Shown piece after piece: positions 25,991 to 40,782 of a DNA stretch of 64,000 nucleotides. The notes below the pieces were generated by a model. The model searched no databases. It was not told the origin of the DNA and was given only the letters and a program-made list of their open reading frames with translations. Numbering within the stretch: the stretch's first letter is position 1; every line of letters begins with the position of its first letter. The stretch lies in NCBI GenBank assembly GCA_951406725.2, contig OX597821.1, positions 8,990,001 through 9,054,000 of the forward strand. The letters are read 5' to 3'. This DNA comes from Octopus vulgaris. Its lineage: Eukaryota. A program made the position numbers and the translations under genes.

Positions 25991-28900
25991 TCTTTGTGCA
26001 TGTGATATTTTGGTGTTTTCCATCCATATCAACGTGAATTATTTTTGAGAATAACACTCTTTGTACATGTGATATTTTGCTGTTTTCCCTCCATATCTAC
26101 GAGAATTAATTTTGAGTAAACACTCTTTGTACATGTGATATTTTGCTGTTTTCCCTCCATATCAACGTGAATTATTTTTGAGTAAACACTCTTTGTACAT
26201 GTGATATTTTGCTGTTTTTCCCTCCATATCTACGTGAATTATTTTTGAGTAAACACTCTTTGTACATGTGATATTTTGCTGTTTTCCCTCCATATCAACG
26301 TGAATTATTTTTGAGTAAACACTCTTTGTACATGTGATATTTTGCTGTTTTCCCTCCATATCTACGTGAATTATTTTTGAGTAAACACTCTTTGTACATG
26401 TGATATTTTGCTGTTTTCCCTCCATATCTACGTGAATTATTTTTGAGTAAACACTCTTTGTACATGTGATATTTTGCTGTTTTCCCTCCATATCAACGTG
26501 AATTATTTTTGAGTAAACACTCTTTGTACATGTGATATTTTGCTGTCTTCCCTCCATATCAACGTGAATTATTTTTGAGTAAACACTCTTTGTACATGTG
26601 ATATTTTGCTGTTTTCCCTCCATATCAACGTGAATTATTTTTGAGTAAACACTCTTTGTACATGTGATATTTTGCTGTTTTCCCTCCATATCAACGTGAA
26701 TTATTTTTTGAGTAAACACTCTTTGTACATGTGATATTTTGCTGTTTTTCCCTCCATATCTACATGAATTATTTTTGAGAATAACACTCTTTGTACATAT
26801 GATATTTTGCTGTTTTCCCTCCATATCTACGTGAATTATTTTTTGAGTAAACACACTTTGTACATGTGATATTTTGCTGTTTTCCCTCCATATCTACATG
26901 AATTATTTTTGAGTAAACACTCTTTGTACATATGATATTTTGCTGTTTTCCCTCCATATCTACGTGAATTATTTTTGAGTAAACACTCTTTGTACATGTG
27001 ATATTTTGCTGTTTTCCCTCCATATCTACGTGAATTATTTTTGAGTAAACACTCTTTGTACATGTGATATTTTGCTGTTTTCCCTCCATATCTACGTGAA
27101 TTATTTTTGAGTAAACACTCTTTGTACATGTGATATTTTGCTGTTTTTCCCTCCATATCTGCATGAATTATTTTTGAGAATAACACACCTTGTACATATG
27201 ATATTTTGCTGTTTTCCCTCCATATCTACGAGAATTATTTTTGAGTAAACACTCTTTGTGCATGTGATATTTTGCAGTTTTTCCCTCCATATCTACGTGA
27301 ATTATTTTTGAGTAAACACTCTTTGTACATGTGATATTTTGCTGTTTTCCCTCCATATCTACGTGAATTATTTTTGAGTAAACACTCTTTGTACATGTGA
27401 TATTTTGCTGTTTTCCCTCCCTATCTACGTGAATTATTTTTGAGAATAACACACTTTGTACATGTGATATTTTGCTGTTTTCCCTCCATATCTACGTGAA
27501 TTATTTTTGAGTAAACACTCTTTGTACATGTGATATTTTGCTGTTTTCCCTCCATATCTACATGAATTATTTTTGAGAATAACACACTTTGTACATATGA
27601 TATTTTGCTGTTTTCCCTCCATATCTACGTGAATTATTTTTGAGTAAACACTCTTTGTACATGTGATATTTTGCTGTTTTTCCTCCATATCTACGTGAAT
27701 TATTTTTGAGAATAACACTCTTTGTACATGTGATATTTTGCTGTTTTCCCTCCATATCTACGTGAATTATTTTTTGAGTAAACACTCTTTGTACATGTGA
27801 TATTTTGCTGTTTTTCCCTCCATATCTACATGAATTATTTTTGAGAATAACACTCTTTGCACATGTGATATTTTGCTGTTTTCCCTCCATATCTACGTGA
27901 ATTATTTTTTGAGTAAACACTCTTTGTACATGTGATATTTTGCTGTTTTTCCCTCCATATCTACATGAATTATTTTTGAGAATAACACTCTTTGTACATA
28001 TGATATTTTGCTGTTTTCCCTCCATATCTACGTGAATTATTTTTGAGTAAACACACTTTGTACATGTGATATTTTGCTGTTTTCCCTCCATATCTACGTG
28101 AATTATTTTTGAGTAAACACACTTTGTACATGTGATATTTTGCTGTTTTCCCTCCATATCTACGTGAATTATATCTGAGTAAACACACTTTGTACATGTG
28201 ATATTTTGCTGTTTTTCCTCCATATCAACGTGAATTATTTTTGAGTAAACACTCTTTGTACATGTGATATTTTGCTGTTTTCCCTCCATATCTACGTGAA
28301 TTATTTTTGAGAAACACTCTTTGTACATGTGATATTTTGCTGTTTTCCCTCCATATCTACGTGAATTATTTTTGAGTAAACACTCTTTGTACATGTGATA
28401 TTTTGCTGTTTTCCCTCCATATCAACGTGAATTATTTTTGAGTAAACACTCTTTGTACATGTGATATTTTGCTGTTTTTCCCTCCATATCTACATGAATT
28501 ATTTTTGAGAATAACACACTTTGTACATATGATATTTTGCTGTTTTCCATCCATATCTACGAGAATTATTTTTGAGTAAACACTCTTTGTACATGTGATA
28601 TTTTGCTGTTTTCCCTCCATATCTACGTGAATTATTTTTGAGTAAACACACTTTGTACATGTGATATTTTGCTGTTTTCCCTCCATATCTACGTGAATTA
28701 TTTTTGAGTAAACACTCTTTGTACATGTGATATTTTGCTGTTTTCCCTCCATATCTACGTGAATTATTTTTGAGTAAACACTCTTTGTACATGTGATATT
28801 TTGCTGTTTTCCCTCCATATCTACGTGAATTATTTTTTGAGTAAACACTCTTTGTACATGTGATATTTTGCTGTTTTCCCTCCATATCAACGTGAATTAT

Positions 28901-31900
28901 TTTTGAGTAAACACTCTTTGTACATGTGATATTTTGCTGTTTTTCCCTCCATATCTACATGAATTATTTTTGAGAATAACACACTTTGTACATATGATAT
29001 TTTGCTGTTTTCCCTCCATATCTACGAGAATTATTTTTGAGTAAACACTCTTTGTGCATGTGATATTTTGCTGTTTTCCCTCCATATCAACGTGAATTAT
29101 TTTTGAGTAAACACACTTTGTACATGTGATATTTTGCTGTTTTCCCTCCATATCTACGTGAATTATTTTTGAGTAAACACACTTTGTACATGTGATATTT
29201 TGCTGTTTTCCCTCCATATCTACGTGAATTATTTCTGAGTAAACACACTTTGTACATGTGATATTTTGCTGTTTTCCCTCCATATCAACGTGAATTATTT
29301 TTGAGTAAACACTCTTTGTACATGTGATATTTTGCTGTTTTCCCTCCATATCTACGTGAATTATTTTTGAGTAAACACACTTTGTACATGTGATATTTTG
29401 CTGTTTTCCCTCCATATCTACGTGAATTATTTTTGAGTAAACACTCTTTGTACATGTGATATTTTGCTGTTTTCCCTCCATATCAACGTGAATTATTTTT
29501 GAGTAAACACTCTTTGTACATGTGATATTTTGCTGTTTTCCCTCCATATCTACGTGAATTATTTTTGAGTAAACACTCTTTGTACATGTGATATTTTGCT
29601 GTTTTCCCTCCATATCTACGTGAATTATTTTTGAGTAAACTCTCTTTGTACATGTGATATTTTGCTGTTTTCCCTCCATATCTATGTGAATTATTTTTGA
29701 GTAAACTCTCTTTGTACATGTGATATTTTGCTGTTTTCCCTCCATATCTACGTGAATTATTTCTGAGTAAACACTCTTTGTACATGTGATATTTTGCTGT
29801 TTTTCCCTCCATATCTACATGAATTATTTTTGAGAATAACACACTTTGTACATATGATATTTTGCTGTTTTCCCTCCATATCTACGAGAATTATTTTTGA
29901 GTAAACACTCTTTGTGCATGTGATATTTTGCCGTTTTCCCCTCCATATCTACGTGAATTATTTTTGAGTAAACACTCTTTGTACATGTGATATTTTGCTG
30001 TTTTCCCTCCATATCTACATGAATTATTTTTGAGAATAACACTCTTTGTACATATGATATTTTGCTGTTTTCCCTCCATATCTACGAGAATTATTTTTGA
30101 GTAAAACACTCTTTGTACATGTGATATTTTGCTGTTTTCCCTCCATATCTACGTGAATTATTTTTGAGTAAACACTCTTTGTACATGTGATATTTTGCTG
30201 TTTTCCCTCCATATCTACGAGAATTATTTTTGAGTAAACACTCTTTGTACATGTGATATTTTGCTGTTTTCCCTCCATATCTACATGAATTATTTTTGAG
30301 AATAACACTCTTTGTACATATGATATTTTGCTGTTTTCCCTCCATATCTACGTGAATTATTTTTTTAGTAAACACACTTTGTACAAGTGATATTTTGCTG
30401 TTTTTCCCTCCATATCTACATGAATTATTTTTGAGAATAACACTCTTTGTACATATGATATTTTGCTGTTTTCACTCCATATCTACGTGAATTATTTTTT
30501 TGAGTAAACACTCTTTGTACATGTGATATTTTGCTGTTTTCCCTCCATATCTACATGAATTATTTTTGAGAATAACACTCTTTGTACATGTGATATTTTG
30601 CTGTTTTCCCTCCATATCTACGTGAATTATTTTTGAGTAAACACACTTTGTACATGTGATATTTTGCTGTTTTCCCTCCATATCAACGTGAATTATTTTG
30701 AGTAAACACTCTTTGTACATGTGATATTTTGCTGTTTTCCCTCCATATCAACGTGAATTATTTTTGAGTAAACACTCTTTGTACATGTGATATTTTGCTG
30801 TTTTCTCTCCATATCTACGTGAATTATTTTGAGTAAACACTCTTTGTACATGTGATATTTTGCTGTTTTCCCTCCATATCAACGTGAATTATTTTTGAGT
30901 AAACACTCTTTGTACATGTGATATTTTGCTGTTTTCCCTCCATATCAACGTGAATTATTTTTGAGTAAACACTCTTTGTACATGTGATATTTTGCTGTTT
31001 TCCCTCCATATCTACGAGAATTATTTTTGAGTAAACACTCTTTGTACATGTGATATTTTGCTGTTTTCCCTCCATATCTACATGAATTATTTTTGAGAAT
31101 AACACTCTTTGTACATATGATATTTTGCTGTTTTCCCTCCATATCTACGTGTATTATTTTTTGAGTAAACACACTTTGTACATTTGATATTTTGCTGTTT
31201 TTCCCTCCATATCTACATGAATTATTTTTGAGATTAACACACTTTGTACATATGATATTTTGCTGTTTTCCCTCCATATCTACGTGAATTATTTTTGAGT
31301 AAACACTCTTTGTACATGTGATATTTTGCTGTTTTTCCCTCCATATCTACATGAATTATTTTTGAGAATAACACACTTTGTACATATGATATTTTGCTGT
31401 TTTCCCTCCATATCTACGTGAATTATTTTTGAGTAAACACTCTTTGTACATGTGATATTTTGCTGTTTTTCCCTCCATATCTGCATGAATTATTTTTGAG
31501 AATAACACACTTTGTACATATGATATTTTGCTGTTTTCCCTCCATATCTACGAGAATTATTTTTTGAGTAATAACACTCTTTGTACATATGATATTTTGC
31601 TGTTTTCACTCCATATCTACGTGAATTATTTTTGAGAATAACACTCTTTGTACATATGATATTTTGCTGTTTTCCCTCCATATCTACGTGAATTATTTTT
31701 GAGTAAACACTCTTTGTACATGTGATATTTTGCTGTTTTCCCTCCATATCTACGTGAATTATTTTTGAGAATAACACTCTTTGTACATATGATATTTTGC
31801 TGTTTTCCCTCCATATCTACGTGAATTATTTTTTGAGTAAACACTCTTTGTACATGTGATATTTTGCTGTTTTCCCTCCATATCTACATGAATTTATTTT

Positions 31901-34900
31901 GAGAATAACACTCTTTGTACATATGATATTTTGCTGTTTTTCCCTCCATATCTACGTGAATTATTTTTGAGTAAACACTCTTTGTACATGTGATATTTTG
32001 CTGTTTTCCCTCCATATCTACGTGAATTATTTTTGAGTAAACACTCTTTGTACATGTGATATTTTGCTGTTTTCCCTCCATATCTACGTGAATTATTTTT
32101 GAGTAAACACTCTTTGTACATGTGATATTTTGCTGTCCCTCCATATCTACATGAATTATTTTTGAGAATAACACTCATTGTACATGTGATATTTTGCTGT
32201 TTTCCCTCCATATCTACGTGAATTATTTTTGAGTAAACACTCTTTGTACATGTGATATTTTGCTGTTTTCCCTCCATATCTACGTGAATAATTTTTGAGA
32301 ATAACACTCTTTGTACATATGATATTTTGCTGTTTTCCCTCCATATCTACGTGAATTATTTTTGAGTAAACACACTTTGTACATGTGATATTTTGCTGTT
32401 TACCTCCATATCTACGTGAATTATTTTTTAGTAAACACACTTTGTACATGTGATATTTTGCTGTTTTCCCTCCATATCTACGTGAATTATATCTGAGTAA
32501 ACACACTTTGTACATGTGATATTTTGCTGTTTTCCCTCCATATCTACGTGAATTATTTTTGAGTAAACACTTTTGTACATGTGATATTTTGCCGTTTTTC
32601 CCTCCATATCTACGTGAATTATTTTTGAGTAAACACACTTTGTACATGTGATATTTTGCTGTTTTCCCTCCATATCTACGTGAATTATTTTTGAGTAAAC
32701 ACTCTTTGTACATGTGATATTTTGCTGTTTTTCCCTCCATATCAACGTGAATTATTTTTGAGTAAACACTCTTTGTACATGTGATATTTTGCTGTTTTCC
32801 CTCCATATCTACGTGAATTATTTTTGAGTAAACACTCTTTGTACATGTGATATTTTGCTGTTTTCCCTCCATATCTACGTGAATTATTTTTGAGTAAACA
32901 CTCTTTGTACATGTGATATTTTGCTGTTTTCCCTCCATATCTACGTGAATTATTTTTGAGTAAACACTCTTTGTACATGTGATATTTTGCTGTTTTCCCT
33001 CCATATCTACGTGAATTATTTCTGAGTAAACACTCTTTGTACATGTGATATTTTGCTGTTTTTCCCTCCATATCTACATGAATTATTTTTGAGAATAACA
33101 CTCTTTGTACATATGATATTTTGCTGTTTTCCCTCCATATCAACGTGAATTAATTTTGAGTAAACACTCTTTGTACATGTGATATTTTGCTGTTTTCCCT
33201 CCATATCTACATGAATTATTTTTGAGAATAATCAAAACTTTGTACATGTGATATTTTGCTGTTTTCCCTCCATATCATGAATATTCACCTTGTACATTCT
33301 GTCTGAGAATTATTTTTTGCTGTTTTCCCTCCAGTGAATTATTTTTGACACTCTTTGTAATGTGATATTTGTTCTCCATATCAGTGAATTATTTTGATAA
33401 ACACCTTTTACATGTGATATTGCATATCACGTGAATTATTTTGGAATGATACATTGATATTTTGCTGTTTTCCCTCCATATCTACGTGAATTATTTTTGA
33501 GTAAACACTCTTTGTACATGTGATATTTTGCTGTTTTCCCTCCATATCTACGTGAATTATTTTTGAGTAAACACTCTTTGTACATGTGATATTTTGCTGT
33601 TTTCCCTCCATATCTACGTGAATTATTTTTGAGTAAACACTCTTTGTACATGTGATATTTTGCTGTTTTCCCTCCATATCTACGTGAATTATTTTTGAGT
33701 AAACACTCTTTGTACATGTGATATTTTGCTGTTTTCCCTCCATATCTACGTGAATTATTTTTGAGTAAACACTCTTTGTACATGTGATATTTTGCTGTTT
33801 TCCCTCCATATCTACGTGAATTATTTTTGAGTAAACACTCTTTGTACATTGATATTTTGTACATGAATGATATTTTGTACTGTTTTTTGCCCCTCCATAT
33901 CTACGTGAATTATTTTTGAGTAAACACTCTTTGTACATGTGATATTTTGCTGTTTTCCCTCCATATCTACGTGAATTATTTTTGAGTAAACACTCTTTGT
34001 ACATGTGATATTTTGCCGTTTTCCCTCCATATCTACATGAATTATTTTTGAGAATAACACTCTTTGTACATATGATATTTTGCTGTTTTCCCTCCATATC
34101 TACGTGAATTATTTTTTGAGTAAACACTCTTTGTACATGTGATATTTTGCTGTTTTTCCCTCCATATCTACATGAATTATTTTTGAGAATAACACTCTTT
34201 GTACATGTGATATTTTGCTGTTTTCCCTCCATATCAACGTGAATTATTTTTGAGTAAACACACTTTGTACATGTGATATTTTGCTGTTTTCCCTCCATAT
34301 CTACGTGAATTATTTTTGAGTAAACACTTTTTGTAATTGTGATATTTTGCTGTTTTCCCTCCATATCTACGTGAATTATTTCTGAGTAAACACACTTTGT
34401 ACATGTGATATTTTGCTGTTTTTCCCTCCATATCAACGTGAATTATGTTTGAGTAAACACTCTTTGTACATATGATATTTTGCTGTTTTCCCTCCATATC
34501 TACGAGAATTATTTTTGAGTAAACACTCTTTGTACATGTGATATTTTGCTGTTTTTCCCTCCATATCTACATGAATTATTTTTGAGAATAACACTCTTTG
34601 TACATGTGATATTTTGCTCTTTTCCCTCCATATCAACGTGAATTATGTTTGAGTAAACACTCTTTGTACATATGATATTTTGCTGTTTTCCCTCCATATC
34701 TACGAGAATTATTTTTGAGTAAACACTCTTTGTGCATGTGATATTTTGCTGTTTTCCCTCCATATCTACGTGAATTATTTTTGAGTAAACACTCTTTGTA
34801 CATGTGATATTTTGCTGTTTTCCCTCCATATCTACGTGAATTACTTTTGAGTAAACACTCTTTGTGCATGTGATATTTTGCTGTTTTCCCTCCATATCAA

Positions 34901-37243
34901 GATGAATTATTTTTGAGTAAACACTCTTTGTACATGTGATATTTTGCTGTTTTCCCTCCATATCTACGTGAATTATTTTTGAGTAAACACTCTTTGTACA
35001 TATGATATTTTGCTGTTTTCCCTCCATATCTACATGAATTATTTTTGAGAATAACACTCTTTGTACATATGATATTTTGCTGTTTTCCCTCCATATCAAC
35101 GTGAATTATTTTTGAGTAAACACTCTTTGTACATATGATATTTTGCTGTTTTCCCTCCATATCAACGTGAATTATTTTTGAGTAAACACTCTTTGTACAT
35201 GTGATATTTTGCTGTTTTTCCCTCCATATCTACATGAATTATTTTTGAGAATAACACACATGGTACATATGATATTTTGCTGTTTTCCATCCATATCTAC
35301 GTGAATTATTTTTCAGTAAACATTCTTTGTGCATTTGATATTTCGCCGTTTTCCCCTCCATATCTATGTGAATTATTTTTGAGTAAACACACTTTGTACA
35401 TATGATATTTTGCTGTTTTCCCTCCATATCTACGTGAATTATTTTTGAGTAAACACTCTTTGTACATGTGATATTTTGCTGTTTTTCCCTCCATATTTAC
35501 ATGAATTATTTTTGAGAATAACACTCTTTGTACATGTGATATTTTGCTGTTTTCCCTCCATATCAACGTGAATCAATTTTGAGTAAACACTTTTTGTACA
35601 TGTGATATTTGGCTGTTTTCCCTCCATATCAACGTGAATTATTTTTGAGTAAACACTCTTTGTACATGTGATATTTTGCTGTTTTCCCTCCATATCTTGA
35701 ATTATTTTTGAGTAAACACTCTTTGTACATGTGATATTTTGCCCTCCATATCTACGTGAATTATTTTTGAGTAAACACTCTTTGTACATGTGATATTTTG
35801 CTGTTTTCCCTCCATATCTACGTGAATTATTTTTGAGTAAACACTCTTTGTACATGTGATATTTTGCTGTTTTCCCTCCATATCACTGAATTATTTTGAG
35901 TAAACACTCTTTGTACATGTGATATTTTGCTGTTTTCCTCCATATCTACTGAATTATTTTTGAGTAAACACTCTTTGTACATGTGATATTTTGCTGTTTT
36001 CCCTCCATATCTACATGAATTATTTTTGAGTAAACACTCTTTGTACATGTGATATTTTGCTGTTTTCCCTCCATATCTACATGAATTATTTTTGAGTAAA
36101 CACTCTTTGTACATGTGATATTTTGCTGTTTTCCCTCCATATCTACGTGAATTATTTTTGAGTAAACACTCTTTGTACATGTGATATTTTGCTGTTTTCC
36201 TCCATTCTACGTGAATTATTTTTGAGTAAACACTCTTTGTACATGTGATATTTTGCTGTTTTCCCTCCATATCAATGTGAATTATTTTTGAGTACATGTG
36301 ATATTTTGCTGTTTTCCCCCCATATCTACGTGAATTATTTTTGAGTAAACACTCTTTGTACATGTGATATTTTGCTGTTTTCCCTCCATATCAACGTGAA
36401 TTATTTTTGAGTAAACACTCTTTGTACATGTGATATTTTGCTGTTTTCCCTCCATATCTACGTGAATTATTTTTGAGTAAACACTCTTTGTACATGTGAT
36501 ATTTTGCTGTTTTCCCTCCATATCAACGTGAATTATTTTTGAGTAAACACTCTTTGTACATGTGATATTTTGCTGTTTTCCCTCCATATCTACGTGAATT
36601 ATTTTTGAGTAAACACTCTTTGTACATGTGATATTTTGCTGTTTTCCCTCCATATCTACGTGAATTATTTTTGAGTAAACACTCTTTGTACATGTGATAT
36701 TTTGCTGTTTTCCCTCCATATCTACGTGAATTATTTTTGAGAAAACACTCTTTGTACATGTGATATTTTGCTGTTTTCCCTCCATATCTACGTGAATTAT
36801 TTTTGAGTAAACACTCTTTGTACATGTGATATTTTGCTGTTTTCCCTCCATATCAACGTGAATTATTTTTGAGTAAACACACTTTGTACATGTGATATTT
36901 TGCTGTTTTCCCTCCATATCTACGTGAATTATTTTTGAGTAAACACTCTTTGTACATGTGATATTTTGCTGTTTTCCCTCCATATCTACGTGAATTATTT
37001 TTGAGTAAACACTCTTTGTACATGTGATATTTTGCTGTTTTCCCTCCATATCTACGTGAATTATTTTTGAGTATAACACTCTTTGTACATGTGATATTTT
37101 GCTGTTTTTCCCTCCATATCAACGTGAATTATTTTTGAGAATAACACACTTTGTACATGTGATATTTTGCTGTTTTCCCTCCATATCTACGTGAATTATT
37201 TTTGAGTAAACACTCTTTGTACATGTGATATTTTGCTGTTTTC
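25991..37243. repeat. 66-bp tandem satellite, about 170 monomers, open-ended at the gap
   Basis: Monomer tctttgtacatgtgatattttgctgttttccctccatatctacgtgaattatttttgagtaaacac; a longer variant with gagaataacac is interspersed. Confidence 0.98.
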
Positions 37244-37343
37244 NNNNNNNNNNNNNNNNNNNNNNNNNNNNNNNNNNNNNNNNNNNNNNNNNNNNNNNNN
37301 NNNNNNNNNNNNNNNNNNNNNNNNNNNNNNNNNNNNNNNNNNN
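37244..37343. other. Assembly gap (100 N)
   Basis: Run of N. Confidence 1.
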
Positions 37344-37608
37344 CGAAGATCTTGGACATATAAAAGTGACTTATGACAGATTACGAGAAAGAAAAGTTTA
37401 AGACCATGTCTAATGGACGCCTGATTACAGGACATAATTAATTGCTGTTCTTAGTTTTAAGTCTTCACGGATGAACACGTTAGTCGGTTACTGATTCATT
37501 GCACATATGGAATATTCGTTCTCGAATACATGAAATGCACAAACCTTTGTTTGTACAAGACTTTGCAACTTCTTGATCATCCTGACAATATATATATATA
37601 TATATATA

Positions 37609-37681
37609 TGCAGATGTCTTCAAAATAAAGCTGGACCTCTTCCTGTCAGGTGTCCCAGATGAACCAACTTCACGGCAGGAG

Positions 37682-37685
<4 letters not shown>
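37609..37685 (+). mobile_element. CR1/L2-group LINE 3' fragment between TA tracts
   Basis: DVFKIKLDLFLSGVPDEPT, related to the end of the 51130-51585 relic. Confidence 0.6.
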
Positions 37686-37714
<29 letters not shown>

Positions 37715-37716
<2 letters not shown>

Positions 37717-38737
37717 CATAAGGGACATTAGCCATTTGAATGTGGCTAGGGACAGGGCAGGGCGGTGGGGGTGTTACTGATGTATTTAGCCCCAGGCGAT
37801 CATCAACGTCACCAGATAGGCTGACACCATCACGGTGTCCTCTATCCTGCAAAGGGAGATCATTCCCCGAAGAAGCGGATGCCACATACGGACCCAGGGT
37901 TTCAAGGTGTTTGCCTATTGTCAACGTATGGCAGGCACCGCCCCTCGACGAACGACGACTCTCTGTGCAGGATATTTATATATAGATTTTCACGTAAATA
38001 CATTTACTGATTTCGAAAATCTGTTCGACAGCAATAATAATTCTCTAAACGAGATATAAACAGTAACTGCTCCATAACATAAGGGACATTAGCCATTTGA
38101 ATGTGGCTAGGGACAGGGCAGGGCGGTGGGGGTGTTACTGATGCATTTAGCCCCAGGCGATCATCAACGTCACCAGATAGGCTGACACGTGCCATACGTT
38201 GACAATAGGCAAACACCTTGAAACCCTGGGTCCGTATGTGGCATCCGCTTCTTCGGGGAATGATCTCCCTTTGCAGGATAGAGGACACCGTGATGGTGTC
38301 AGCCTATCTGGTGGCGTTGATGATCGCCTGGGGCTAAATGCATCAGTAACACCCCCACCGCCCTGCCCTGTCCCTAGCCACATTCAAATGGCTAATGTCC
38401 CTTATGTTATGGAGCAGTTACTGATGCATTTAGCCCCAGGCGATCATCAACGCCACCAGATAGGCTGACACCATCACGGTGTCCTCTATCCTGCAAAGGG
38501 AGATCATTCCCCGAAGAAGCGGATGCCACATACGGACCCAGGGTTTCAAGGTGTTTGCCTATTGTCAACGTATGGCACGTGTCAGCCTATCTGGTGACGT
38601 TGATGATCGCCTGGGGCTAAATGCATCAGTAACACCCCCACCGCCCTGCCCTGTCCCTAGCCACATTCAAATGGCTAATGTCCCTTATGTTATGGAGCAG
38701 TTACTGTTTATATCTCGTTTAGAGAATTATTATTGCT
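37715..38737. repeat. GC-rich ~220-bp unit in five direct or inverted pieces, forming a 708-bp palindrome (38030-38737)
   Basis: Arms 38030-38350 and 38417-38737 are reverse complements, including internal junctions. Confidence 0.92.
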
Positions 38738-38764
38738 ATATATATATATATATGTGATATATAT

Positions 38765-39176
38765 TCTCTTTTCTCTTTTACTTGTTTCAGTCATTTGACT
38801 GCGGCCATGATGGAGCACCGCCTTTAGTCGAGAAAATCGACCCCGGGACTTATTCTTTGTAAGCCCAGTACTTATTCTATCGGTCTCTTTCGCCGAACCG
38901 CTAAGTGACGGGGACGCAAACACAACAGCATCGGTTGTCAAGCAATGCTAGGGGGACAAACACAGACACACAAACACACACACAAACACACACACATACA
39001 TATATATATACATACATATGTACGACAGGCTTCTTTCAGTTTCCGTCTACCAAATCCACTCACAAGGCATTGGTCGGCCCGGGGCTATAGCAGAAGACAC
39101 TTGCCCAAGATGCCATGCAGTGGGACTGAACCCGGAACCACGTGGCTGGTTGCTACTTACCACACAGTCACTCCTA
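38765..39176 (-). mobile_element. tRNA-derived CORE-type SINE with internal (CA)/(TA) tract
   Basis: agaagacacttgcccaagatgccatgcagtgggactgaacccggaacc (reverse CORE plus B box); 3' part tcagtcatttgactgcggccatg also at 24590 and 51060. Confidence 0.85.
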
Positions 39177-40659
39177 TGTATGTGTATGTATGCGCATGTA
39201 TGTATATATGTGTGTAGGTATGTATATGTAGGTAGGCATTTATGTACACATGTATGCATGCATGTGTGCATGTATGTATTTATAAGCGTATGGATGCGTT
39301 TATATGCGTATGTATGTTTATATGCACATATGTCTGTATATAGGCATATGCGTTTATATATGCGGGCAGATATTTATGTGTGTTTATGTGTACTGAAGTA
39401 CGTTTATATATGTGTGTCTGTGTGTACATAGTTATGTATACGTTTATGTGAAAGTGCGTACATTTATGTATGTATGCATATGTATGCATATGTGTGCATA
39501 TGTGTAATTGTATGTGTATATGTATGTATATATATATGTATATATGTGCTTGTAGAGAGAGATATATACATAAGTATAAGTGGATGAGGCGGAAAGGGAG
39601 TGAGAAAACATGTGTGTTTGTGTATGCGTATGAGTGTGCGTGTGAATGTGTGTGTGTGTGAGTGTGTGCGTTTGTATCCGTGGGTAAAGAAATAGAAAGG
39701 AAGGGAGAGGGGAGCGGTAGATGGATTTCATTTTGGCCTGCAGGAACCCTGGGGAGTTCTAAGAACATTTGGCGTTTGTCTACTCGAGCGCCACTAAATG
39801 AGTGTCGGCGGGTAGGTAGGTCATATATTATACCTTTATGAGTCTGAAGACGGTCAAGAGAAAATAAAAATAAAAATAAAAATAAAATAAGGGAGGGAGA
39901 TGAGGAGAGAAAAATAAAAATATATATATATGTATGTGTATATATGTATGTATATATATATATGTATATATGTGTATATATATGTATGTGTATATATATG
40001 TGTGTGTATGTGTGTGTATATGTATATATACATATATATGTGTGTGTGTATGGGTGTGTATATTTATTTATATATATATGTGTAGATATATGCGTGCGTG
40101 TGTTTGCGTGTTGGCATGTATGTGTATGTGTATTTGTATATATATATGTGTGTATGTATATATGTGTGTGTATGTATGTATGTGTATGTATGTGTATGGG
40201 TATATATGTATGTATGTGTATATATATATATGTGTGTATATATATATGTGTATATATATATATATATATGTGTGTGTGCTAGTGTATTTATATGTATTTA
40301 TGTGTGTGTCTGTATGTATATACATGGGCATATGTATATGTATGTGTATGAATATTCGTATGTGTATGTTTGTGGGTTTGTAAGTATATTTATTTTATAT
40401 GTTCTTTTATGTATACTTATCTACTTCTTCCCTCAACTTAATAACAACAACAACAAACTGACTAAAAGCGATAGTCTTCTAATTTACCTAAAACTCTATT
40501 CAATAATTCTATTTATTCATTTATTTACTTTATCACTGACTCTTTTGACCACTCCCCTAAGAAAGAAAGTTTGTGCCCTGCTTACCCAGAAAATGTCCCC
40601 CACCACCACCCCATTAAATCTGCCTAAATGTATAAATGCCAAGACTTATTTCGACAGCA

Positions 40660-40710
40660 AGCTTCCTGATGATTTCATTTGAATGAAACAGTTCTAGTTC
40701 TGTAGAAGCT
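40660..40710 (+). ncRNA. Minimal type I hammerhead ribozyme, same family as 17047-17097
   Basis: agcttc-CUGAUGA-uuuc auuu gaau-GAAA-cag uucuaguu cug-UA-gaagcu; 6-bp stem I; predicted cleavage after A40704; followed by ctataaaataaat and (TA)n. Confidence 0.88.
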
Positions 40711-40729
40711 CCTACTATAAAATAAATAA

Positions 40730-40782
<53 letters not shown>

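Noticed and set aside
25991-37243. CRISPR-like array (period about 66 bp)
   Set aside because: There are no unique spacers, the entire monomer repeats, the context is eukaryotic, and no cas genes are present.
26162-37359. Long minus-strand ORFs (up to 342 aa) of 22-aa repeats
   Set aside because: They are a by-product of a 66-bp monomer; frequent 1-bp indels switch frames freely, with no sign of frame selection.
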